Of a stretch of DNA of 64,000 nt, positions 52,505 to 64,000 are shown piece after piece. The notes beneath the pieces were generated by a model, which was given only the letters and a program-made list of their open reading frames with translations, was not told where the DNA came from and ran no database searches. Origin of the DNA: Tubulanus polymorphus (taxonomy: Eukaryota > Animalia > Nemertea); the NCBI RefSeq assembly GCF_964204645.1, contig NC_134035.1, positions 930,001 through 994,000 on the forward strand, read 5' to 3'. The position numbers were made by a program, and so were the translations under genes. Numbering within the stretch: the first letter of the stretch is position 1; every line of letters starts with the position of its first letter.

Positions 52505-54293
52505 GAAGTTATAGTTTAGAATTTAATTTTCTCAATGGAAAGAAAACATTATTGACAATTAAATATCAAAAGATACTATATTTTCAGGGGGAGGGGGTGC
52601 TGAAGGTGACCATTAATAGTACGGAGTGTTATTACTGGGTATAGAATAGTGTAAATGTTGGGAGGATTTAAACTGCGATGTCTGTGTTTAATTACGTTGA
52701 GCTCGTGTAAATTTACGCGCCCCATTATCAATGATTTATCGCGAATTGTGAGACGCAGGAATTGACAGAAATTCTAAATATGGAAAAATTCATGCGATGA
52801 ATCGATACGCGTTCAGTGTAGTAACGATGCAGTGAGGGATGGTATTGGCACATTGACTCTTTCATGGACCTGTTTTAATAGAACAAACTCTTCATTTTCT
52901 TCAGTCTGGATTTTTCATTCTCGTCGATATTTTCTGCATCGTGTATCGCTAACTGTAGAATCGTTATTCTGTCTTACGAATTTTAGTTGCTCATTGACTG
53001 AACCGAAAGTTTTTCAATCCTAGAATATCCTGATTCTTTTCAGATGCGGATTTAGGGGTTGGTCTCGGTGATCTGGACTTATGCTTTCCCACTTAGTTTG
53101 CTCTTTTCATCAAGACACACTTAGTTAAAACCTAGTTGAAACCTGCAGATTTGACACTCATCTTTCGGAACTGCATCTTTTCGGACCCCGCTAGTGGCTT
53201 CTGACATGGCTGCTACATCTGAGAAATGCCTAGTATTTTCTTCAAGACCCTGTTCTTCCAATTTTCCTCTACTTCTGCTATTACTCAGCCCCCACTTCTA
53301 AAATGAAACTCAATATTTTGATTAGTTCATCAAACTTTGTTTATATTATGGATACTTTATAGAATTGGAGCAATGCACGAGTTCATCACCACAGAAGACA
53401 TCGGATACTGATTGTACTTAAATTATGAAAGCGTGTCATTATCAGCCGCGGCGGCGTCTCGGGTCACAATGAGTTGCACTTGTATGACGCATACAATATT
53501 CTACAGATGTCATTATCGTCCGTTATCTTGTAAAGGCACGCTCTGATGCCGGCGATGACTAAAAAACCGGCAGCAGCAAAACCTGTAGTCGAAACCAACA
53601 ACTAAGAAGACGTTCATCGGCTTTGTCATCTCTCTCTCCGTCTCTGTGAGGGTATTGTATTGTGTATGTGCGTGAGATCGGCGCGACGACGATGGCGGAG
53701 TATGAATCATCGTTACTGATTATCCTCTGAGATGCTGTATGGCTGCTCAGGCGACAAACGGCTGCGCGCACGACTGATTAGGCATTGTAGGGCCACTCTG
53801 AGTTGTTCGCGCAGGTCAGACAGGATTTTCCAGTACGGCTGAAATTGCGTTCAGTTTGATCCGATCCTTAATGAGGAATCGGGAGCTATTATTATTTTCA
53901 TCGTCAGCTGTGTCCCCGCGTGTTGTTCGAGGTCGTTCCTAAGACCTCAACTCGGATGAAGAACTGCTGCCTTTTTCGTAGTTCTACGTGGTTTTAGATT
54001 AAGTCAGTATCCTTGTACCTACAAATATATCTAAAAATGGTCTTATTCCACAAAGTAGTCTTTGACATTCGGGATCCAGTTACATAGCTAGCGGTTGACA
54101 TTCGAATTTAAAGGTTGAAAATATTTGAAATGAACCACGTTGAAACTGGGGGAACATGGTTTGTTGGTGGAGAGATTTTATCTGTCGGCAAAATGGAAAA
54201 CTTCAGACGCTAATAGTACCATGAGGTGACGAGAGAAATCCCACAATAAATTCAGCCAAAACGAGAAACTTAGATATATATATATATATATTT

Positions 54294-54331
54294 GCGCAAA
54301 GTTTCGGCTAAATACTATTAGCCATCATCAG
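54294..54331 (-). ncRNA. Inverted hammerhead copy lacking its own 5' stem I strand
   Basis: Minus strand reads CTGATGA-T-GGCTAA-tagtat-TTAGCC-GAAACTTTGCGC with a perfect stem II. Confidence 0.6.
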
Positions 54332-54375
54332 TACGCCTGATGATGGCTAATAGTATTTAACCGAAACTTTGCGTA
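54332..54375 (+). ncRNA. Minimal type I hammerhead ribozyme motif
   Basis: TACGC-CTGATGA-T-GGCTAA-tagtat-TTAACC-GAAA-CT-TT-GCGTA; 5-bp stem I, one mismatch in stem II. Confidence 0.7.
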
Positions 54376-56647
54376 AACATATTTACTCATCTATTCAAGT
54401 TTCTCGTTTTGACTGAATCAATGTGGGATTTCTCTCGTTATCATCTTACACGGATATTGTGTATCTTCTCGTCTCACCATGAGGTGGTGTCAGGCAGGAT
54501 GAGGTTTGAAGTCATTGTTGAATGCATCCCGAGCTTTACGGCTTCAAAAACGAGTAAACAGTAGTAGAAATTTTTAAAAAACGACATTTAGACAAAGCTC
54601 TTCGCGTCGATACCAGATGCTTCGCGTACGCGCGCCGCGTACATCTTTCCTCTCTTTCGTTGCCTCTTCATCATCATCATCATCATCATCATCTATCTAT
54701 CTAACTATATACCGTATCGTGCTCTTCGCCGGGAGATGTTCTTTACAGCATCGTAAATTCCTGTTAAATCGTAGAATTTCACCCGATAACGCCATAAGCC
54801 GATGATGTATGCGAAGAGAAGTTCACATTGTGTTTCTTCGCGCTGTTGTTGTGTTTCGTGTTCACAGTGATGAAGATCGCGGGGTTTTTTTACTGCTCGA
54901 ATGCAGTAGATTCAGCACGGGCAGATCTGTGAAAATGGGAAGGCCGGGTCCAGAAGAAATGAAAAGGCATTTCTCAGATAGAGCAGCCACTAGCGAGGCC
55001 CCACTCTGGGTGACAATAGTATGAAGGAATACATCCTTATAGGTTTAACTCTGTCTAAACAAATATGGCAACTTAAGTGGTAAGCCCTGAGACCACCCAT
55101 TAAATCCACCCCTGATCAGCGGCGTTACGCCATGAATATTTCATTTTAAGTTATTTGCCAGTCGCGTATCGGGAACATAAAAAGTCTTTCTTTTCTTAGT
55201 TCAGTTTGGCAAATTTTATCTCACAATTGGTGACAGGGTCCAAGTTTTTTGCCTGTACCTCGTTGAGAATTGGGTAAATAGAAAGTTAAAATGTGGTGAC
55301 TCTTGTCTGAAATATAAACGCGATTCTGGAACTTTGTGAAGAAATTGATTTTCTTTTCATAATGGGAAACTTGCTTTATCTAAAAGCCGAAGATCGATTG
55401 ATAGTTATAACGTTGATTCGGGTGTGTTCTCCGTAAACGAGAAGAAAACTTGCTGAATCGCAAAGTTTTATCGGTTTAGCTGCCGGGTAAAGAAACAAAA
55501 ACTTTAAGTGTCCTTTTATTGGACGGTTACATTAACCGGGGTTGAGTAAATCCTTTAAAACCGGAGTCGACAGTGTGAAGACACTTTCCTTATGATGAAA
55601 CGCAAATAATAAAGCTCTGTAAATACAATATCAACGCGCGAGACTATTTCATTATCTCAGAAAGTTCTCGCTACGCGCGCGGCGCGCTCGCAAATGAAAT
55701 ATATATATATGAAAAATCGATTTCGAGAAAGGATAGTCAACAGAAAGGGTTATTTTCATCAAATCGACGTTTACATAACAGCCACTTGACTAACCTTTTG
55801 TAGAGCGCAGGGTAGCGCGATATACCAGTTGTAATCGGCTTTTGTTTTTATTTTCCGCCGCTGATATCTATTACTACTCCGGTTGGAAGTTTTTTCCGCT
55901 GTCAGTTTTATCGGAATATAATTGGTCTGTTCTTTTTCAAGGTTGGCTCAGCCGCCGAGCGATGCCGAACCCGCGGAGCTGTATGATAATAGCGCATCTG
56001 TATTAAAGAGTTGCACCTGAGTTTATTTATAAATATTTACGCGGGGCGGTTCGTTAGAATAGCGAGTTGAGAATACCGACATGACTTGAGTCATCTATAT
56101 ATCTATGCAGTGTCCTTTCTTTTTCACTACCCAGGCATCCCGCAGTTGTGAAGAGGGCTTTGTTTTCCCGAGCTGCGAAAGACCACCCACTGAATGTTGT
56201 ACTATGTACCTGGGTGTTGCCTGCGGCCGGCGGCGCGGCCAGTGAAAATGATAATAACTGCTTATCAACAAAATGTCTACAGCTTTCTTATAATAGTTTA
56301 GTGAAGTTGAACAGCGCTGTTAAAACGTAATTTACAGAAATTCCCTCATCGTCTCTACCCCTCGTACAAAGAGTTTAGGTGTTTTCGCATTCATATCAAG
56401 AGATTTATATAAACAATAATACTTTAAAGGTGTAAAAACCAAATAATAAATAAAGAAATGGTGATCGACTTTTTCTCAACGTAAATCTTGTAATTGGTAG
56501 CACTTAGTCACGAATCCGGGCTTCCACAGGTATTTCTGTGTTATAGGTGATGAGAGTTTTTGCGGGAGAGATATCTATGTTTTATGAAAAAAAGAACATT
56601 ATTGCCCGCATTGAATACATGATATGGTAGAATCCTCCTTACTCCGT

Positions 56648-56915
56648 GTCAGTCAACTCATAATATTTGAGTATTTCAAAGAGTGAACTCCGAACTTTGT
56701 ACAAGTCAATGCATAAGACCGGCTCAACTTGACTCATATTTAGTAGGCTTCTGTATCAGTCAACTCAAATACTGGCCACAGTCAACTCATCCTCAAATCC
56801 GTGCGGGTTAAACTGCTCGCAGTCAACTTCCTATTTGGTATCGTTCGACTCCCCATCACTCGGTAATGGTCACTGACAAGTGCTGTAAGTCTTCTCTTCG
56901 TACCGGTCAACTCTA
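56648..56915. repeat. Degenerate array of GTCAACTC motifs
   Basis: AGTCAACTC-like words recur at irregular 20-60 bp spacing. Confidence 0.6.
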
Positions 56916-58139
56916 ATCAGTCCCTGAAATATCATTGAATTGAATACGCGTTCAGAGACGATACACCTATGAACTCTTATCTATCTTAGAAGCCTTTTTG
57001 CTTTCAGGTATGAGTAGACAAGAGCCTGTCATGTTTATAAAGAGTGATCTTTCATAGCTCCTCATCGTAATCTCACAACTGATTACATACTTTACCCTGC
57101 ATTCCTTCATCGTAGTTCTACCGTACGGTTGTGTACCGGCGTGTGTGTGCTTGGCGCGCATCGCTTTTTTGTTTGATGGATGATTTAGAAAAAGAATTGG
57201 GAATGAATCTTGGATTTATTGCAACACGGAATTTTTACACCCTCTTGTACGCGACTAACAGCGCCGCGTTAGGGGTACTTCGATTACGAGGAATGGTGGT
57301 CTCAGGATCCAGCTCCATAGGTCACAAGGCCCACATTGAAACCATAGATTAAACCATTTTCAATAGGTGTAGTACCTGATAGTACCATAGAAGTGTCGTT
57401 CTATGATACAGAAAGGTGAATGACCTAAGGAAGTTCTATCAGAACTGGTGGCAACGGTAAACAACTCATTTTCCCTTTTTCTCAATCTTTTCAGCCTGAG
57501 AAATATTGATTTGATTTCTGTAGCATATTTGCATTCTTTCATATTTGATGAAATCTTCCTTTGTAAATTGTCTTAGCTCATCAAGATTTAGAGGGACCTA
57601 CTGCTGAGAATGGATGACTTTCTGATCGAGAACCGCCATTTATCACTGATAGAACAATAGCACGGATTTGACCTCAACGCGGAGACAACGACCGATGGTT
57701 GATGTTGTTGAACTACGACTCACCGAGGCGACTCGCGAACGACAGCAGTACTCGACAACGTCTAATCCGATTGCCACGACGTTCATTCTCGACGGTGTTC
57801 GATCGCGATTTCATTTGCGGCTATTGTTGAGTTACTTCTCATTAAAATAATGAATGGAGCGCCGGGGTGAACGTTGTATTGTTGCGTAGTTTGATGGAAT
57901 GGCAGCTCCGTCGGGGATGACGGGTTCGCAGATGATGTCGAGATCGATTTTATTCATGATTCTACTGGAATTCTGCACGCAAGCACACAACACAATACAG
58001 CCTGAGTATCGATCTCTCGGCAACGGTTTGAAAGACGATCCTTCCTTTATTATCATTCTTATTGTTGACTTTGATTGAAAATGCGCTGAGTTTTTTTGCG
58101 TTATCGCTTGCTCTCACGTTTTGAAGATGTGAAGTACGT

Positions 58140-58455
58140 TAGCCAATCATAGCGGCTTTTACATGGAGATAATTTCTTTAGGTCAACTCTCATTGGTCGG
58201 CTTGATGATGTACACTAGCCAATCATTGTGGCTTTTACTTCAGAATATATAACTATAGGTCAGTTCTCAATTCTCATTGGTCAGTTTGATGAAGTACACT
58301 GATTAGCCGATCATAGTGGCTTATACTATGAGGTAAATTACTATAGGTCTATTCCGCTCATTGGTCAGTTTCTGAAAGTACACTTACTAGCCAATCATGG
58401 TGGCTTTTACATCGGGAAAAATACTATGGGTCAATAATCACTCATTCATTGGTCT
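58140..58455. repeat. ~80-bp tandem repeat x4 with inverted CCAAT boxes
   Basis: Units at 58140, 58216, 58304 and 58388: TAGCCAATCAT..GGCTTTTAC...CATTGGTC (the third unit has CCGAT). Confidence 0.9.
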
Positions 58456-59034
58456 GTTTGAGTAAATGTATCGCTCCTTAAAAGGTTTGATCTTATGAAA
58501 CAGAATTAGGAAGTATGATCGAACCGTTTTGGGATATGACTGCGGAACAGGCTGAGGTGTACTGCAGTTTGCCGACAATGACTAAGAGCTAGACACTCAA
58601 TTTCCCATAATCAGTTATAGATTTTAGGTATTGGGTTGTATTGAAGCGAGATCATTTCATATCGCCATCAGACAGGTTACAACACACACACAGAGGCAGA
58701 GAGTCTGATGTTGTTTATGAGTGACATCATTTGCAACTGACGTAAAGTCGATGATGATCATCAAGAACAGATCGCCATAGCAATCAATAACCCATTATAA
58801 TACCGGTCCATTGTATATTACACACACAGCGGCAGTAACGCAGTAATGGCGGCTGGTTTCATCGGCGTCAGCGGCGAGCGAGCAAATCCGACGTTTAATT
58901 TAAAGTTTACAACTCGTTTTGCTCGACGCCGTCGTCGACGGTAACTAGGAGTCTGTAACTAATCCGTGATTCGGTCGCTCCATCTATAATCGGGTATTGA
59001 TCGAGGTCGCGAATTATCTTACACAGCCCTGAAC

Positions 59035-59285
59035 ACTCGCACACATATATACACACACCTCAAATAGAAACACTCATGCGTGTGTGCGCACACTCATTTG
59101 TGACACTTACATTTGCGTATAATACATACACAACGCACACATTCCTCTACACACACTTTCCTCTTTACACACATTCCTCTACACACATTCCTCTACACAC
59201 ACATTCCTCTACATTCTACATTGCACACTCATTAATTGGCACACACACTCCATGAACACTCATAGTCAATCACACCTTCACACCC
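59035..59285. repeat. CA-rich low-complexity tract with ACACATTCCTCT units
   Basis: Direct reading. Confidence 0.85.
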
Positions 59286-59300
59286 TATGGTACGAGTGCT

Positions 59301-59511
59301 GCCCAAAAACATTGGACCGGGCTCGAGCCAAAATTTAGCACGAAAGTTATTGCATGTGAATTGCAACTGGTTCTGGATGTGACTCACTTCACTTGGTTTA
59401 AGCATTGTTTAGTATTGAGTTAGTAGTTTAAATGTAAACATGATACCTAATGGGCCAAATTTGACTCGGCCAGATCTTCTCAGGCCAGATCGTCTCCCGT
59501 GTGATCGTGGC
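59301..59511 (-). mobile_element. MITE family B copy, reverse orientation
   Basis: Reverse complement of the 9188/12578 copies; ends CGTCTCCCGTGTGATCGTGGC. Confidence 0.75.
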
Positions 59512-62321
59512 TATTGTTGTTTGGCATCAGTCACCTCATGTGAGCTGCCTCCCACCCTCCCCGCCTGCTGCTGCTGCTGCTTACATATTATATTCAAGCA
59601 ATCGGCGTCATTAGCATACAAATAGAGAATCGAACGTCGACAATGCCCCAGTGAACAGGCATTTTGTTTTTGCGATGACTAATGCGCAGAGCGGCGTGTA
59701 GTGCGTCGACGCAGCACCGTCGACTGTGATGGAATCCGAATTCGAATTCCTTCACTCTCTGTCAAAAATGGATGCATGAGTAATTTAAATAAATTTGCCT
59801 CAAAATTGGATTGTGCATTCTTGCTCGAGGGAATTTGATTCGATTCGCGATCGAAGCGACTGATTCTTGATCCGCCGTCGTCGATGCCGCCGAGTAACCG
59901 GGGTATTGTTGAGGCCTGCGCGAATCCGTCCGGGCCGCGGCGGTAGAGTCTGCGGCGTCGTAGACGAAAAATCAACGCGCCGAAACTAATGAGGTCATAC
60001 CATCAATAATAGGATGTTTGTTCGGGAATTTCACGCGATTTCGATTTCAACGAATCGATGGCGGTTCAGTACGACGCGTCGCGCGCCGCGGTGGAAACCG
60101 GTTGATAACTAAACGTAGATAACGTCAAAAATATTCCAGTTCACGATTCGTCGCCAGGCATCATTGTGCGTATCGCGCTCATGCGCGAGTTGAAAAGGCC
60201 AACAACAATCGTAATTCGGATCAACAATTGTCTAAGATTAAGATTGAAAACTGCCTACTACAGTAAACCTCGGGACAAACTGGGACTGTAGAATCTGATC
60301 AAGGAGGCGAAAATGAAATGAAATATCAACGGGCATTGTCTATGTTCTTGTCGATTGCTTTTGCTCGGATGGTTGCAGATGTATTGTTGGTACACTGATA
60401 AGCCCCAGTACAAAGTTTCGAGGCCACATATTCCCTGTGGCCACCGGGGGCGGGGGTGTTGGGATTGGGTAACTGAACAATTGAAAAAGTGACAATTTCA
60501 TTACATTGAAAGGTTGGATACAAGTAGTTTATGAATGACATGAAAATTTAGATTTAGCTGATCAAGTTTTTACTGCGTACACAGTTTGCAGGAATGCCGG
60601 TGATTTCTTTTTTACGGAAGTTTGTCTGGCGAATTATTTTTAGGCTTTTTTTTTATGTCCATTGTTTGAAGCGTGCGGATCAGCTGCGGATACGTTGTAC
60701 ATAAAATCTCAAGTTTACGCCGTCAAACATTATTTGTTCGTTTCATCTTGTGTGTTTGAGCCATGAGAAAAAAACGATAACAAAAAGATTTCCGTACTAC
60801 TTGTTCTCTCTCTCTTTCTCCTCTCTCTTTCTCTGTGACAGAGGATCAAACGCTTTTCGACAATAAATATTATGTCTGAAGGAGAGAGTTGAGTTGGAGT
60901 GTGCCATCGGGCAATAAATTCACTTTCTATGTGACTCATGCCCGCATCTGTAAACGTTATTTCATTGCTGTTTTTAAAAGGATGGTCCTCGATGAACTAT
61001 CACCGGGGCATTTCATTTCACAAGTTTAAAGACAGTTTGTGTATTGATCGCATTTTTGCAGCCTGTATATTCAAACATTCTCAGAGGATAGTCCTATTTC
61101 GGGGACATATTTTTTCTACCAAAGAATTGTCAATACGATTCTCGATCAATACATGTTTCATGAAAAGAAATGAACAGATTCTAACATTTTAAACCGAGAA
61201 AATCCTCAGATTTTTACTCACCGAATTTTGTGAGTGGAAAAATTAAGGGAGGAAAACCCAGGGAATTTGTAAATTGGTGTACTTGTAAACAATCAGGTCA
61301 TCTTTTTTCCGACTCGGTTTAATGCATTATTCGCGACGAGAGAAGTGAAATTGTAAGCATTTCAATCCAAACGCGTTGATGCTCTTCCATTCGATCGATA
61401 CTGTCACAGACGCAGGGAGAGAGTCTCATCCCATTCCTTCCAACAATCAACTACACATAAAACATCTATAAACCATTGTTTAGAGAGAGAGAGATGGATA
61501 TCAGATATTCATTCTCGATTGTCTGCGTAAATCTTCCTACGCACGCGTTCTACTACAACAATCAGGGGTTCACGGCGACGAACGAGAGCAGAAGACAATA
61601 TCGACGACGACTACATCGACATCTACACGGAAACAATAATTACCGGGAGTTTTTTTTATAGATTTCCCCTGTTGTCGACGACGGTTCGACAATTGAAGAG
61701 GTTTAGCCATGGTTTTCTTTTATCCGTCGACGACGACGACGACGAAGATGAAAATATTATTTTCCTCTGTTCGACGACGACGGTTCGATATACGCGTTAG
61801 TCACACGACGACGATTGTAGCGGACAGACGGACGAACGGACCGTACTGCGGCGACTGATTTCATTGTCGTCCTCATCGATAAGTTTTTTCTCCCGAGAAA
61901 GAAATGGTGCGCTATAAAATGGTGCGAGCTGTTATGGCTTCCGCGCGCGATACATACCGATATAACTCGATAAATCGTGTATTTAGTCATTATTATTCGT
62001 TGTGTTTTCGCGGTATAAAACCCACTCATTAGTTAGCACTGATAGAGCTTCATCTATTGACTGTGTGTGAAGTTCTATCAGGAATGTATTCGGTCTGAAG
62101 TATTGCTGCCTTATTTTCATTGCTCGAAAGCCTTAGGGGCAGTAGTGCGGTTTCCATTGACCACTAGTTGACAGTCAAACACCCTCCACCACCCCCCTTC
62201 CACCACCCACCCCTCTTAACCCAAAAGGCATCCAGATAGATTTGGGATCTACTTCTTTTATAAACCTAGTTACCAACTATAGATACTTCAGGTTATAGCC
62301 CCATTTATGATTCACCTCAGA

Positions 62322-62449
<128 letters not shown>

Positions 62450-62535
62450 ACTCATGAAGGCAAATTCTTTTTAAAAGATTTTCGGCCATTTGGAAGTATG
62501 AACAACCCATGGCAAAGTTCCTGGATACGCCCCTG

Positions 62536-62644
62536 GGCCTGGTTTTATAGACTGGTATTACCTTTAACCCGAGGGCTAACTTAGTTCATTTTCAATTTAG
62601 TTAGCCCCTGGGTTAAAGGTAATACCGGTCTATAAAACCGGGCC
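62536..62644. mobile_element. Hairpin MITE family C variant, near-perfect fold-back
   Basis: ctg-GGCCTGGTTTTATAGACTGGTATTACCTTTAACCC...GGGTTAAAGGTAATACCGGTCTATAAAACCGGGCC-ctg. Confidence 0.85.
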
Positions 62645-63891
62645 CTGGTGACCAGTGGTCGAGTTAATCTGGTGTTGAAAACCTATCTACGAAACCAGGT
62701 TGGAAGCACCTGAATTTCATAATAGGGTAAATAGCAGACTTCAGAGTAAGATTGTATGGACTCGGATCGCAGAAATACGACCTCCAGACGGTGACATTTC
62801 GAATTACCTTTGAAATCCTATATTTGTACCCTCTTAGTGTAACAAGAATCCAGTATAGAATGAAATAGAAGTGTAAATGACTTGAAAGACCACCAGGTGG
62901 TGATATAGGTTTGTCAACTCCAAAAATAACGTGATCATGCATTAATAGCCGCGATTACACAAACGTTTTGGGCCGGTTCGCATGGGCCAAAATTTGACGC
63001 AGGCCATATCGAATGTAAAGCCTATTCGAATGAAAAAGATGGCGTCAATGGATGCGCACGAGCCGCAATTATTATAACGTAATTGAAGGTCTATTCAAAC
63101 AGTGTAGTTAGTGTATGTATTGTTCAACTGCGGCGACGTCGTCCTAAGTTACCGTATCTTGTCCGTATCCATTCTACCTCACGTAGAGCAGACGCGATAC
63201 CGGCCGACAACCAACGTTAAACTCAATTATACACCGCGAAATGCGTCTTAAAGCCAACAATTGTCAAATCCGATTTCGTCGTCGAGGCAATGACGACATT
63301 TCGTGTCGTCGGGAATCGTGGAGATCGCTCGGAAAGAATCACGGCACGTCGACGGTAAACGGTAGTCATCTTAACTCCCCGACTACAAAGGGCGCTGTAA
63401 AAAACAACATGAGTAAGAGGAGCAATGGTGAATGGAAGCTTAGTTATATTCCCTATAATCATTCTGGTCATGATGTCGGTCGTTCTGAATGGTGCGAATT
63501 CTTCCCCTTTTTGGGTTCAGAAGGCGTGATGCTGTTGCACGCACTATCAGCGCTGAGTGACAAGCGGGTTCGGTCCTGCTGGTTGCTCTTACAGCGCGCA
63601 GGCAATACTTTTAAGGCTGTCCTGTCATAAGGTTAAGACACAATCCAATATGGTTTATCTTGCAAACCAAGATCAAGATAATGTCGAGTAAGATAAAACA
63701 AAACGGGATAAAAAAACAAAAGCTAATTTAGAATTTTGCCTGGGAAATTGAATGCAGGTTTTTTTGAGGTGAACTGTAGTTCTTAAGGTCTTCGATGCAA
63801 TGTCTTGTATGATAGCACTTATTGAAGAGTCTTCAAGTTTAGGCGCTTATTGAGGTTTTCGAACTCTCAAGACAATGAGCAGAATATTCTG

Positions 63892-63997
63892 GCCCCAGTT
63901 TTATGACTTATGAGTTTTATGTTTTTAGACTGGTACTAACCCTGGGCTTACTCAATTGAAAATGAACTGAATTAGCACCAGTCTATAAAACCAGGCC
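63892..63997. mobile_element. Hairpin MITE family C variant
   Basis: Ends ACCAGTCTATAAAACCAGGCC-cag; central TTGAAAATGAACT. Confidence 0.7.
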
Positions 63998-64000
63998 CAG

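Larger units (their letters stand above)
54229..54475 (+). mobile_element. Fold-back non-autonomous Penelope-like element with two back-to-back hammerhead motifs
   Basis: Imperfect palindrome 54229-54438, 37-nt tail containing TACACggatattGTGTA, direct repeat ACCATGAGGTG at 54218-54228 and 54476-54486. Confidence 0.8.

Noticed and set aside
53031-53100. Acceptor-like TGATTCTTTTCAG as the next SoxD exon
   Set aside because: The phase-0 frame stops after three codons (ATG CGG ATT TAG).

Overview
AT-rich, gene-poor eukaryotic genomic DNA, most consistent with a bilaterian (probably spiralian) invertebrate. The only convincing coding segment is a + strand exon (acceptor before 39819, ATG 39823, donor after 40371). 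It encodes the N-terminus of a SoxD (Sox5/6/13-like) transcription factor: MSSKRKNTPTKL plus the EEKERKLSEMIAHLQSLKQTL coiled coil. I found no HMG-box exon, so the gene probably continues beyond the window. Three candidate alternative first exons lie upstream (~26.1, ~30.3, ~31.7 kb), and two would splice in frame. The rest alternates, about every 1-1.5 kb, between CpG-rich unique blocks and CpG-poor blocks holding MITEs, SINE remnants and mini/microsatellites. The most striking structures are three ~200-250 bp fold-back insertions (15.6, 36.8, 54.2 kb) carrying minimal type I hammerhead ribozyme motifs and a 3' tail stem-loop; two have 11-12 bp target-site duplications. They look like tiny non-autonomous Penelope-like retroelements. 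All calls were made by eye, and repeat boundaries are approximate.
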